DNA of 63,976 nucleotides, counting the filler, from Nanobdellota archaeon (lineage in GTDB: Archaea > Nanobdellota > Nanobdellia > B33-G15), in NCBI GenBank assembly GCA_003660925.1. It is 6 parts of 6 records of this genome, joined end to end, with 100 filler letters (N's around TTAATTAATTAA, not from the genome) between each part and the next. Parts side by side here need not be neighbours in the genome. Positions count along the whole stretch, not along the records: positions 1 to 13,056 come from QMVD01000015.1; positions 13,157 to 24,465 come from QMVD01000016.1; 4 more parts are not named here. The stretch is one strand, 5' to 3'. Numbering within the stretch: the stretch's first letter is position 1; every line of letters begins with the position of its first letter. Shown here in pieces: positions 7,900 to 17,775 of the stretch. The position numbers were made by a program, and so were the translations under genes. The notes beneath the pieces were generated by a model. The model ran no database searches, had not been told where the DNA came from, and saw only the letters and a program-made list of their open reading frames with translations.

Positions 7900-9549
7900 A
7901 TGCCCCGCTTCATCTTCGTCGTGGGTGGAGTTCTTTCGGGATTGGGGAAGGGAGTGGTCACTGCTTCCATAGGATACTTGATCAAGAAGTCTGGATACAA
8001 GGTGACTGCTATTAAGATAGACCCATACATCAACGTGGATGCTGGGACCCTGAGGCCTACCGAACACGGGGAGGTCTTCGTGACGGAGGATGGTGGGGAA
8101 ATAGATCAGGATCTCGGGACCTATGAGAGGTTCCTCGACATGGACCTCCCGAAGATGAACAACATAACCACGGGACAAGTTTACTTGGAGGTAATAAGGA
8201 GAGAGAGGGCGTTAGAGTACGGTGGGAGGGACGTGGAGGTCATACCTGACATCCCGAATGAGGTCAAGAGGAGGATCCTCATAGCTTCCAAAGGATATGA
8301 AGTCTCCTTGGTGGAGATAGGTGGGACGACGGGGGACGTGGAAAACCTCGTCTTCCTTCACGCTGCCAGGAGCTTAGCGATGGAATATCCTTCCGTGACC
8401 GTGATGGTGACTTATGTCCCCTTCCTGAGGAATGTGGGAGAGCTTAAGACAAAACCCACCCAACATGCTGTGGCGAAGCTCAGGGAAGTAGGTATCTTCC
8501 CGGACTTCATAGTGGCCAGATCGGAGAGCGGTTTGGATGAACCTAGGATCGAGAAGATCGCGAAGAATTGCTTCGTGAAGAGAGAGAACATCATAGACAA
8601 CCCCGATCTGGACTCCATCTATAGGTTGCCTCTCCTCTTCGAGGAGCAGGGGTTTACCGACAAGCTCTTGAAGAAGTTGGGGTTGAAGAGGAAGGGTCGA
8701 GATTTGAGGGAGTGGGAAGATTTCGTGAGGAAGATAGATGAAGCAAGGGAAAAAGTGAAGGTTGCCATCGTCGGAAAGTACGTGAGGTACGGGAAAGCAG
8801 AGCACAAGGACGTTTACCTCTCGGTCTTGGAGGCCATAAAACACGCCTCTTATCACTTGGGAGCAAAGCCTGAGATCGTCCAAGTATTTTCTCAAGACAT
8901 AGAGAGGATGGGAGCAGAGGAGATCTTGAAGGGTTTCGATGGGGTCATAGTCCCTGGCGGTTTCGGAAGCACTGGTGTAAAAGGGAAGATAGAGGCGATA
9001 AGATATTGTAGGGAAAATGATGTCCCCTATTTGGGTCTGTGCTTTGGGATGCAGTTAGCCGTAGTGGAGTTCGCCAGGAACGTCTGCGGGTTGAAAGGAG
9101 CCCACACCACTGAGATAGATTCCAAAACCCCCCATCCCGTGATAGATATCATCCCTAAGCAGAAGGAATTGATAGAAAAGAAGATGTATGGGGCCACCAT
9201 GAGGCTCGGCTCCTGGCCAGCAGTCTTGAAGAAAGGCAGTTTGGTTCACAAACTCTACGGCAAAGAAGTGGTGGAGGAGAGGCACAGGCACAGGTATGAA
9301 GTGAACCCGAAATACGTGAAGGTGTTGGAAAAAGCGGGACTCCTCTTCTCCGGGAGAAGTCCTGATGGGAACCTCATGGAATTCTTGGAGATCCCAGGTC
9401 ACAGGTTCTTCGTGGCGACTCAAGCTCACCCTGAATTCAAAAGCAGACCTCTGAGGCCCCACCCGCTCTTCCTCGGTTTCATAAGAGCTTGCCTCAAAAG
9501 AGTTCCCTCTTCCAGAAGAGTATCATCCCGAGGATCGAAAAGAGCATAG
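7900..9549 (+). CDS. pyrG: CTP synthase
   Basis: GGVLSGLGKG, KIDPYINVDAGT, GLCFGMQ, RHRHRYEV and HPEF motifs. Confidence 0.98.
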   Translation: MPRFIFVVGGVLSGLGKGVVTASIGYLIKKSGYKVTAIKIDPYINVDAGTLRPTEHGEVFVTEDGGEIDQDLGTYERFLDMDLPKMNNITTGQVYLEVIRRERALEYGGRDVEVIPDIPNEVKRRILIASKGYEVSLVEIGGTTGDVENLVFLHAARSLAMEYPSVTVMVTYVPFLRNVGELKTKPTQHAVAKLREVGIFPDFIVARSESGLDEPRIEKIAKNCFVKRENIIDNPDLDSIYRLPLLFEEQGFTDKLLKKLGLKRKGRDLREWEDFVRKIDEAREKVKVAIVGKYVRYGKAEHKDVYLSVLEAIKHASYHLGAKPEIVQVFSQDIERMGAEEILKGFDGVIVPGGFGSTGVKGKIEAIRYCRENDVPYLGLCFGMQLAVVEFARNVCGLKGAHTTEIDSKTPHPVIDIIPKQKELIEKKMYGATMRLGSWPAVLKKGSLVHKLYGKEVVEERHRHRYEVNPKYVKVLEKAGLLFSGRSPDGNLMEFLEIPGHRFFVATQAHPEFKSRPLRPHPLFLGFIRACLKRVPSSRRVSSRGSKRA

Positions 9550-10414
9550 AGAGCCCGAGGATGATGAGGAAAGCGTTGGGGGAGCGTTGGAAGGGGAGGG
9601 CGACGTTCATCCCATAGAAGCTCGAGATCAAGGTGGGAATCATCAAGATTATGGTCACCGAAGTGAGGAATTTCATCACGATGTTCAAGTTGTTCGATAT
9701 GATGGAGGCGAAGGCGTCCATCATCCCCCCGAGGATGTCTGAGTAGATGTTGGTCATCTCCAACGCCTGTTGGTTCTCCACGATCACGTCTTCTAGCAAC
9801 TCCTTATCCTGAGAGTACCTGGTGAATACCTTACTCTTCGTCAACTTCTCTATCAAAAGCTGATTGGACCTCAGGGAGGTGTTAAAGTAAACCAAGGCCT
9901 CCTCCAACCTCAACAACTTGAAGAGCTCCTCGTTCCTCATGGAGCGCCTCAGCTCCTCTTGAATGATATGAGTTTCCCTATTGATTTCCTTTAGGTACTC
10001 TAAGTAAAGCCTCGCGGATATGTAGAGGATCCTCAAGGTGGTCCTTATCTTCTTGGCAGTGCTGAACTTGCTCCTCCTGAGCTTCTCGATCACGTCATTC
10101 TCGCTGAAGCATATAGTTATCAGGTACTCGTCGGATATGATTATGCCCAAGGGAACCGTGAAGTACTCCACTCTCTCCCCGTTGGACCTCTTCTGCGGGG
10201 TCCTCACGATGATGAACCTGAACTTCTTATATCTCTCCGTTCTCGACTGCTCGTCCATGTCCCTTAAAGAGGAGAACATGAAGTCGGGGAGGTTGAACAT
10301 CTCCTTCAGTTTATTCACTTCTTCCTCGGTAGGTCGAACGACATTGATCCAACTATTCCTAGGGGGTTTTTCCCTCAAGTCCCACCTTATGGAGTTGTAA
10401 AAGACCTCTATCAT
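9494..10414 (-). CDS. corA: CorA-family Mg2+ transporter
   Basis: C-terminal YGMNV signature between two TM helices. Confidence 0.93.
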   Translation of the reverse strand: MIEVFYNSIRWDLREKPPRNSWINVVRPTEEEVNKLKEMFNLPDFMFSSLRDMDEQSRTERYKKFRFIIVRTPQKRSNGERVEYFTVPLGIIISDEYLITICFSENDVIEKLRRSKFSTAKKIRTTLRILYISARLYLEYLKEINRETHIIQEELRRSMRNEELFKLLRLEEALVYFNTSLRSNQLLIEKLTKSKVFTRYSQDKELLEDVIVENQQALEMTNIYSDILGGMMDAFASIISNNLNIVMKFLTSVTIILMIPTLISSFYGMNVALPFQRSPNAFLIILGLSMLFSILGMILFWKRELF

Positions 10415-10449
10415 GCAGAGAAGCGATTCCTAGATTATATAAAAGTTTT

Positions 10450-12015
10450 TCAAACAGGGCGATAAACCGGAGCGTAGGTTATCAAGCCACCATCCTTGTA
10501 AATCCTCCTGACCGTCGCTTCAACCTCTCCCTCGAATCCCTTTCCCACCTCCACCACTGGTACGTTCCCTTTCTCGTAAAGCCTCCTCATCACGCGCTTC
10601 GGGTTCCTCAATAAAGAAAGCCTCTCCCTCTTGGAGAGCTTCCTCACCTTCACCTCTGCCCTGGAAGGGATGCTGATGTTCTCTTTCGGCACATCGCAGA
10701 GGCACTCGTGGAGCAAGGGGTGTGGCTTAGGGGGATAGAACAAGAGGTCGCATTCCGGACATATCTCCACGCTGACCTTATCTTCACCCAAGGGTTCCAC
10801 GTACTCCGCCACGAATCTCATGTCTGGCCTGAAGATCTTCCTTATCCTGCTGGTGAACCAGTTATCATATGCCCTAAAATTGACCTCCTTCATCCTCCTT
10901 ATCAACTCCTCGACTCCTTCCACCCTTTTCCTCTTATCTACCCCATCCTCCACCAAAAAAGTAGCTGCTGTGCTCGAGTGGCCGGAACCAAAGGACACTG
11001 CTACTATCTTCTCTCCGGGATTCGCGTTGTCTAGGATCCTAGCGAGTCCTGTACAAGTTGAGGCAGCGTACACGTTTCCCGTCTCTGGGACAACGAAGCT
11101 GTACCTGGTCTTCTCTTTATATTCTTCCACACTAATCCTCAACCTCTCCTTTACTTCCTTGACATCATCAAAGTAGTTCGGATTCAGGAGGTCTTCTAAG
11201 GTGAACTCCTTGTCCTTTCCTGCCAGTATTCTAGGAAGTTTCCTCCCTGGCAAGTAGAAGTTGGGTTGATGGGTCACGAAGTGGTCTATCTCATCCCAAT
11301 CTAAGCTCCCCTCCTCCATGTGGAGGGCGAGACAGTTCAGCACGCTGTAGAGATATGACCTCTTGGTCACTGGGCCGAAGTGTAAGGGGAAGGGTTGGCC
11401 CGCAGGCCTCAGGAAATCCCTAGCTAATTCGGAGTGAGGAGTCATGTACTCTATGGAAGCCACTAAATCACCTTTGCCCACCACGAAGGCGGATCCTCCT
11501 GCCCCGCAAGCGAATTCCAAATCGTCCCCTGGAGGTCCCAAGGCTATGTCTACCCCTACTCCCATTCCATATCTAGCGCTTCCGGCCTTGACAGCATTCC
11601 AAGCTAGGGAGACTGCTTTCAGGCCAGCATCGCAGGCGCTCTCCATATCCACCTCCAACACCATGGGTCCCATGCCCAAGAAGGCTTTCACGTGCTTCGC
11701 GTCCGTCAGGACATCGTAGACCTTGGATTCCGTCCCAACGCAGAGAACCCCCTTCCTATCGAATGAAGAACCTATCTCCGAAGGAGGAACCTCGGCCATC
11801 TTCAGGGCCCGTTTAACGGCCTCTGTCGCCATGGTGATGGTGTCCTCTCCAGGCCCTGTCATGCTCTTGTAAAGGAGGCCCAACCCCCTCTCCGCCCTCT
11901 CCGCCTGTTGCTCGTTATCTTTCTTGATCCTTCCCTTGACGACCTCTCTTACCCTCACCTTAAAAGAAGGAAGGTAAATGCCATATCCTATGATCCCAAT
12001 CTTCCCCATCTTCAT
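10450..12015 (-). CDS. Hydroxymethylglutaryl-CoA synthase fused to a C-terminal DUF35-like Zn-ribbon/OB region
   Basis: GTES, ESAC, HQPN, GNVYAAS and SFGSG motifs; C-terminal CPEC..FYPP..CLC and VRRI..GLITY. Confidence 0.8.
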   Translation of the reverse strand: MKMGKIGIIGYGIYLPSFKVRVREVVKGRIKKDNEQQAERAERGLGLLYKSMTGPGEDTITMATEAVKRALKMAEVPPSEIGSSFDRKGVLCVGTESKVYDVLTDAKHVKAFLGMGPMVLEVDMESACDAGLKAVSLAWNAVKAGSARYGMGVGVDIALGPPGDDLEFACGAGGSAFVVGKGDLVASIEYMTPHSELARDFLRPAGQPFPLHFGPVTKRSYLYSVLNCLALHMEEGSLDWDEIDHFVTHQPNFYLPGRKLPRILAGKDKEFTLEDLLNPNYFDDVKEVKERLRISVEEYKEKTRYSFVVPETGNVYAASTCTGLARILDNANPGEKIVAVSFGSGHSSTAATFLVEDGVDKRKRVEGVEELIRRMKEVNFRAYDNWFTSRIRKIFRPDMRFVAEYVEPLGEDKVSVEICPECDLLFYPPKPHPLLHECLCDVPKENISIPSRAEVKVRKLSKRERLSLLRNPKRVMRRLYEKGNVPVVEVGKGFEGEVEATVRRIYKDGGLITYAPVYRPV

Positions 12016-12065
12016 ATGAATTCGTGAGGGATGTTTATAAAAATTTGGAAATTCCTTCCTCCCTC

Positions 12066-12614
12066 ATGATTACTTATGAAGAGGCTTTGAAGTTGTTGAA
12101 GAAGTACTTCGAGGAAGGCTCCTCCACGTTCAGCCATTCTAAGGCGGTCTCCGACTTCCTGTACGAGATATGTTCCAAGCCCTCGAAGCTCCACCCGGAG
12201 TTGGGGATAGACCCCGAGAAGATGAGGATCGTGGGGTTACTCCACGACATAGGCAGGGCAAGATGTCAAGAAAGGGATCAGGTCTTACATCCCTTCGAGA
12301 GCGGGAAGATGTTGAGGGAACATGGATTAAATGACATGGCGAAGATCGTGGAGAGGCACGGCATCGCGAATGAGATAGCTGAGTTGAGGGGGATGAGGGG
12401 GGATTTCTCCCCGAGGAATATAGAAGATGAGCTCCTCATTTACGCGGACTTCCACTTCAAGGGAGATCGATTCGTCTCCCTTCAGGAGAGGCTCAGGGAT
12501 TTGAAAGAGAGGAGCAAGGACAATCCAGAGAGGTTGAAGGCGTTGGAGATGTGCGAGGAGAGGATGGAGAGGATCATGAAGAAAATAGAGAAGTTATGCT
12601 ATTCGGAAACATAA
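12066..12614 (+). CDS. HD-domain phosphohydrolase
   Basis: HS..V, GLLHDIG, HP..G, ERHG and YAD motifs; ATG at 12066 preferred over GTG at 12024. Confidence 0.85.
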   Translation: MITYEEALKLLKKYFEEGSSTFSHSKAVSDFLYEICSKPSKLHPELGIDPEKMRIVGLLHDIGRARCQERDQVLHPFESGKMLREHGLNDMAKIVERHGIANEIAELRGMRGDFSPRNIEDELLIYADFHFKGDRFVSLQERLRDLKERSKDNPERLKALEMCEERMERIMKKIEKLCYSET

Positions 12615-12615
12615 A

Positions 12616-12624
12616 CTTTATAAA
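12616..12624 (+). promoter_or_regulatory. TATA box of the 23S rRNA transcription unit
   Basis: CTTTATAAA, identical to the 16S promoter core. Confidence 0.6.
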
Positions 12625-12778
12625 GGGACCGAAAGTTCTCCTATACACATGAGTACGTGAGGATAATCGATGATGCTTTCAGGCTGACGATTTCTGAGAA
12701 CTTGGATGAGCATAGGGAGTTAAGTGCTCTCTATGTGATGGCATGATCAAGATGAATGCCGCGCACAGAACAGGCGAA

Positions 12779-13056
12779 AGACGCTGTTGGGTGGATGGCT
12801 CGGCTCAGGCGCCGAAGAAGGGCGTGGCAAGCTGCGATAAGCCCGGGGGAGGCGCACGCAGCCTTAGAACCCGGGATCCCCTAATGGGAGTCCCCTCAGC
12901 ACTCCCGCAAGGGAGGGGGAACGCGGGGAACTGAAACATCTTAGTACCCGCAGGAAAAGAAAGCAATAGCGATTCCCTGAGTAGCGGCGAGCGAAAGGGG
13001 AACAGGGCAAACTGAACGGGTCGTCGCGAGACGGTCCGGATGTGGGGTTTTGGAGG
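12779..13056 (+). rRNA. rrl: 23S rRNA, 5' fragment (cut by contig end; 5' boundary approximate)
   Basis: GGTGGATGGCTCGGCTC, GCTGCGATAAGC, GAACTGAAACATCTTAGTACC and AGTAGCGGCGAGCGAA. Confidence 0.97.
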
Positions 13057-13156
13057 NNNNNNNNNNNNNNNNNNNNNNNNNNNNNNNNNNNNNNNNNNNN
13101 TTAATTAATTAANNNNNNNNNNNNNNNNNNNNNNNNNNNNNNNNNNNNNNNNNNNN
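13057..13156. other. Artificial contig linker
   Basis: N44-TTAATTAATTAA-N44. Confidence 0.98.
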
Positions 13157-13702
13157 CTGACAATCGTTCGCACAATCTATATTGGTAGCGTCATCAGATA
13201 TGCAAGCGTAGTCGTATCCGCTTCCTCTGTCGAAGACGACTACATCAAATTCTCTCTTTCCGGTCTCTAGCGTTATGTTTACCCTTTTATATTTTATATC
13301 TCCTGTGTGGGAAACACAAGATGTGGCGTCATTCTTTACACCATCAGTGATTATCAGGTTATTCTCCCTTTCGAAGGCCAACTCATAGGTGTTCAAGGGG
13401 GTCCACTCCGCGGAGGAGATTATGGGGACAGAGGTGTAGGTCTGGTAAAAGATCCCTTTTTCAGTTACCCTGAGCTCATCGTTGGCGCCCACGTTTATGT
13501 CATACTTCCTCATGGTCCCCGTGCTCGCCACGTCCAGGATGAGCTCATTGATGTCCTCCATACTGCTCCTTATGCCATCTATGTTCGCCTTGTCAGAACT
13601 CTTTTGGACCAGAGGAGTCCCCCAGACGTAGACCATCCCGACAATGGCGATGATGATCCCAGATATTAAAACGCTGCTGACGACAGTGGACTGTGATCTC
13701 AT
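13157..13702 (-). CDS. Pilin-like/secreted protein with a class III-like signal peptide (3'-truncated)
   Basis: MRSQSTVVSSVLISGIIIAIVGMVYVWG N-terminus; directly downstream of two pilins. Confidence 0.7.
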
Positions 13703-13704
13703 CT

Positions 13705-14142
13705 TTACGGCACCTTACAAGTTGAGGTTGCCTCCACGTTTGGACTCCCTACCACTTTTATGTTGTAACTCTCGCCACTAGTCAGGCTGATGGAGCCTGT
13801 GACGGTTGCAGTACTGTCTCCATTCACGTAATCTTGGCTCAGCGAAGTAGCCTCCCCCTGAAGAGAACCGTCCATGGTGTAGACGAAGATCTTCAAGTCG
13901 GTTATCTGGGTGTCAGTAGGGTTCCTCAAATAAACGGTCACTTGGGACGTGCTACACGAGGAAGCATCTATCTTAAGGGCTGCTGTGGTCCCTACTGTGG
14001 ATTGAATGTTCTGTGCGACTTTGTTTTGTAAGTCACTTTGAATAGTCGTCATCCAATAATAGGCTGCCGCAGCAGCACTTACGGTCATCATCAGAAGTAA
14101 GACAGTAGCGACAACGGGGGTTATTCCCTTCTCACCTATCAT
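13705..14142 (-). CDS. Archaeal type IV pilin
   Basis: KG/ITPVVATVLLLMMTV class III signal; start placed at MIGEKG (alternative start 14154). Confidence 0.88.
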   Translation of the reverse strand: MIGEKGITPVVATVLLLMMTVSAAAAAYYWMTTIQSDLQNKVAQNIQSTVGTTAALKIDASSCSTSQVTVYLRNPTDTQITDLKIFVYTMDGSLQGEATSLSQDYVNGDSTATVTGSISLTSGESYNIKVVGSPNVEATSTCKVP

Positions 14143-14185
14143 TTTTACTCTCATATGCATCAATTGAAAAGTTAAGGTTTTATCC

Positions 14186-14632
14186 TTATGATACACACTT
14201 GGCAGTTGCGGTTGCCTCCACGTTTGGACTCCCCACCACCTTTATGTTGTAAGAGGTGTCCGGGTCTATCCCAGAGACGGTTGCAGATGCGGATCCCGTT
14301 GCGCCTCCGCTCAATGAGGAAGGAGTCAAGTCTGCCCCATTGATCAGCGCACCTGTCGATGCGCTGTAGACATATACTTTTAAGTCAGTTATATCCGTGT
14401 CCCCAGGATTTCTTAAGTAAACCTTCACATTATCGCTAGTGCCGTTACACTCCGCGGCATCTATCTTTAAGGAAGCGGCGCTCCCCACGGTTGACTGGAT
14501 GTTTTGGGCCACCTTGTTCTGTAAATCACTTTGAATGGTGGTCATCCAGTAGTATGCTGCAGCAGCAGAACTCACGGTCATCATCAATAACAACACTATC
14601 GCCACCACAGGGGTTATACCTTTCTTGTTCAT
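14186..14632 (-). CDS. Archaeal type IV pilin (paralog)
   Basis: MNKKG/ITPVVAIVLLLMMTV class III signal. Confidence 0.88.
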   Translation of the reverse strand: MNKKGITPVVAIVLLLMMTVSSAAAAYYWMTTIQSDLQNKVAQNIQSTVGSAASLKIDAAECNGTSDNVKVYLRNPGDTDITDLKVYVYSASTGALINGADLTPSSLSGGATGSASATVSGIDPDTSYNIKVVGSPNVEATATAKCVS

Positions 14633-14671
14633 GGTTTTTAACAACATCCTATCGATTTAAATATTTTCTTC

Positions 14672-15100
14672 TCAAAGAACGTAGCCTTCCTCATATCCCT
14701 TAACAGCCTTAGTTATCAACTCCCTAGTGTACATCTTCTTAAAATATCCCTCCAACCCCTTTAAGGCCTTGACCATCTCCTTGTTCTGTTCCTGTAACTT
14801 CTTCACCTCTTCTATCAGAGGACCTACATTCAAAGTGACTCCTGCCTCTTTCAACTGTTCCAACTCTACTTCACTCGCCTCCTTCAGCAATCCCACCATT
14901 TCATTAACTCCCTCCACGAGGTCGGTCATCTTTATCATTAGCTCTGTCATCTTCGCTTGTAGATTTATGCTTATGGTCACCATCTTTTCTATTTGCTCAT
15001 TTAGCTTGTTTATGGCTTCCTCAAAATGTTCCAGGATTTGAGTCTTCTTCTCCAACTCCTCTATGCGCTTGAGAATGGTGTTTATGTCGGGTTTTGGCAT
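14672..15100 (-). CDS. Coiled-coil hypothetical protein
   Basis: Heptad-rich E/K/L sequence. Confidence 0.7.
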   Translation of the reverse strand: MPKPDINTILKRIEELEKKTQILEHFEEAINKLNEQIEKMVTISINLQAKMTELMIKMTDLVEGVNEMVGLLKEASEVELEQLKEAGVTLNVGPLIEEVKKLQEQNKEMVKALKGLEGYFKKMYTRELITKAVKGYEEGYVL

Positions 15101-15132
15101 ACATAAATTAAAAAGAAGGTAGTTAAAAAGTT

Positions 15133-16761
15133 TTAGTACTCTTCCTCGCCTTCAGGCATCTTTGGGCCCTTCTCCTCCTTCTGGCTCGCTGCTATCACGT
15201 CGTCTATCCTCAAAATCATTATGGCCGCTTCACTCGCTGACTTTATCGCTTGCGTCTTGACCTCCAGTGGCTCCACTACTCCTTTTTCCAACATGTCCAC
15301 TACCTTTCCCTCGAACACATCCAATCCATAGTTCTTCTTCCCTGACTCGTGGGACGCCTTGAGTTCTACTAGCATGTCTATGGGATCTAACCCTGCGTTT
15401 TCCGCTAAGGTCCTCGGGATTATCTCTAAAGCCTTAGCGAAGGCCTTCACTGCCAATTGCTCCCTTCCCGACAACTTCTCCGCGAAGTCCGTAAGGTGCT
15501 TCGCTACCTCTATTTCCGGTGCCCCTCCTCCTGGCACTATTTTTCCACATTCTATCACTGAGGCTAGGTCCCCCAGCGCGTCCTCTATTGCCCTCTCGAT
15601 CTCATCTATCACGTGTTCCGTTCCGCCCCTGACAAGTATGGTCACCGCCTTTGGATTCTTGCATTCCATGACGAAAGTTAGTGCGTCTTCCCCGAACTTC
15701 CTCTCCTCCACTACTCCTGCATATCCCAAGTCTTTCTTCTCCACGTCGTCTAAGTCGCTCACTATCCTCGCCCCAGTCGCCTTAGCCAGCTTTTCCATAT
15801 CGCTCTTCTTCACCCTCCTGACAGCGTATATCCCTGCCTTCGCCAAGAGATGTTGGGCGAGATCATCGATTCCTTTCTGGCAGAACACCACGTTCGCCCC
15901 ACTTTTCTTTATCTTCTCCACCATGTCCCTCAGCATCCTCTCTTCCTGCTCTAGGAACGCCTGGAGTTGCTCTGGAGAGGTTATCCTTATCTGTGCATCC
16001 GTCTCCGTCTCCTTGACTTCTATCGCGGTATCTATCAATAAAATCTTCGCGTTCTTGACTGCCTTTGGCATGTCGGAGTGAACTCTTTCCTTATCTATCA
16101 CGATCCCATGAATTAGTTCTGTGTCATCTATGCCTCCTCCTGTCCTCTTTTCTATCTTTATGTTGTCCAAGTCTATCGTCCTTTTTCCGTTCTTCTCCTC
16201 AGTCACCTGCATTACTGCTTCCACCAACAACTTCGCCAGCTTCTCTCTGGCCATTTCCGCGCTCTTCCCGGTCATGGCGGTTATGGCTATTTTTTCCATG
16301 GTCCCCCTGTCATTGGGCTTCACGTCTATGGCGAACTGATTCAAGATCTCCTCTGCCTTGTCCGCTGCCATCCTGTAACCCTTGGCGATTATGGTTGGAT
16401 GTATCTCTTGGTCCAACAACTCTGATGCCTGCTTCAATAACTCTCCAGCGATTACCACTGCGGTGGTGGTTCCATCTCCTACTTCTTCCTCCTGCGTCTT
16501 CGCGACCTCCACCAACATCTTCGCTGCTGGATGGGCTATCTCCATCTCCTCTAAGATGGTGACCCCGTCGTTGGTGATGGTTATGTCTCCCAAAGAGTCC
16601 ACTAACATCTTGTCCATTCCCTTCGGCCCCAGGGTGGTCCTAACCGTCTCCGCCACCACCCTAGCTGCCATTATGTTGGTCCTTTGCGCGTCTTTCCCGA
16701 TGATCCTAGAGTAGTTCTCGGGAAGTATCAAAATCGGTTGTGTTATCTTTTCCCCGTTCAT
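15133..16761 (-). CDS. ths: Thermosome subunit (group II chaperonin)
   Basis: [25 protein letters not shown] and GGGAPE motifs. Confidence 0.98.
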   Translation of the reverse strand: MNGEKITQPILILPENYSRIIGKDAQRTNIMAARVVAETVRTTLGPKGMDKMLVDSLGDITITNDGVTILEEMEIAHPAAKMLVEVAKTQEEEVGDGTTTAVVIAGELLKQASELLDQEIHPTIIAKGYRMAADKAEEILNQFAIDVKPNDRGTMEKIAITAMTGKSAEMAREKLAKLLVEAVMQVTEEKNGKRTIDLDNIKIEKRTGGGIDDTELIHGIVIDKERVHSDMPKAVKNAKILLIDTAIEVKETETDAQIRITSPEQLQAFLEQEERMLRDMVEKIKKSGANVVFCQKGIDDLAQHLLAKAGIYAVRRVKKSDMEKLAKATGARIVSDLDDVEKKDLGYAGVVEERKFGEDALTFVMECKNPKAVTILVRGGTEHVIDEIERAIEDALGDLASVIECGKIVPGGGAPEIEVAKHLTDFAEKLSGREQLAVKAFAKALEIIPRTLAENAGLDPIDMLVELKASHESGKKNYGLDVFEGKVVDMLEKGVVEPLEVKTQAIKSASEAAIMILRIDDVIAASQKEEKGPKMPEGEEEY

Positions 16762-16875
16762 ATTTGAGCACCCCCTTCTCAGAAAGTTGGCTGAATTAAA
16801 GAACTTTTGGTTCTTTTAAAAAGTTTACCCTGGAAGACTAGCCGATCCCCTAAAAATTCAGAAAGGGAAAAAGAC

Positions 16876-17097
16876 TCACTTCCTCTTCATCCTTTCCCTT
16901 ATGCCCTCGAGCTCCGCTCCCAACACCAAGAGCACCATGACGTTTATCCAGCTCATCACCGCTGTTATGGTCTGCCACGGACCCTCGATGGTGGGCATGT
17001 TTATGGCAGCATAGAACAGAGCCAGCCCACAGATACCCATGACGACGATGGCGAGAATGTAAAGCTTTTCCACATCAGTCGGCTTTTCGTATTTCAT
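16876..17097 (-). CDS. Small two-TM membrane protein
   Basis: Two hydrophobic segments in 73 aa. Confidence 0.6.
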   Translation of the reverse strand: MKYEKPTDVEKLYILAIVVMGICGLALFYAAINMPTIEGPWQTITAVMSWINVMVLLVLGAELEGIRERMKRK

Positions 17098-17133
17098 ACT
17101 CTTTTATTGGAACATTCCAATTAAAAATCTTTT

Positions 17134-17775
17134 CTAAAACCTCATCACGTAGAACATGTGGTCTTTTTCGAAGGGCTCTAACCTTTTCCTATCAATGATG
17201 CTCAAGTGCTCCTCCAATTCTCTTTCCACTTCTTTAAATATGTCCTTCGGTTTCTTGGTCACGTCTATGCTCCTTGCTTTGACAGCGAGCAATACATATC
17301 CTCCTTTCTTCAAGAACCTCGAGTTCTTCAAGAGGATCTCCACTTGATTGGGGGCAGCGATGTCCTGATAAATGACGTCGCATTGAGGTATCAAGTTCTC
17401 GTATTCTTCCACCTTATTCGCATCAGCCAGGAGAGGGAACATATTCTCCCTCTTTTCACAAACCATCACCAAGTCCCTCACGACCCTAGGCGCGATGTCC
17501 AAACAGAACACGTAACCGTTCTTTCCAACTATATCTGAGACGTGGGATGCTGTGGTTCCACTCGCCGCTCCCAGGTACAACACCTTATCACTTGGTTTTA
17601 TCCCTATCTCCTTGATCCCCTTCAAGATGGCAGCACACAACTTGCTCCTGTAGGGGTTCCACTGCCTATATTCCTTTCTTCCCTTCTTCACGAGCTTCTC
17701 GCCGTAGACCCTGAACCCAGGGGATAGGTTGAGGGTGAACAAGTGCTTCCCGAACTTGTAAATGCCCTCAAACAT
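17134..17775 (-). CDS. flpA: Fibrillarin (box C/D 2'-O-methyltransferase)
   Basis: WNPYRSKL, VLYLGAASGTTASHVSD and KARSID motifs. Confidence 0.97.
   Translation of the reverse strand: MFEGIYKFGKHLFTLNLSPGFRVYGEKLVKKGRKEYRQWNPYRSKLCAAILKGIKEIGIKPSDKVLYLGAASGTTASHVSDIVGKNGYVFCLDIAPRVVRDLVMVCEKRENMFPLLADANKVEEYENLIPQCDVIYQDIAAPNQVEILLKNSRFLKKGGYVLLAVKARSIDVTKKPKDIFKEVERELEEHLSIIDRKRLEPFEKDHMFYVMRF

Noticed and set aside
12743..12934. 63-aa ORF
   Set aside because: Overlaps the 23S rRNA 5' end
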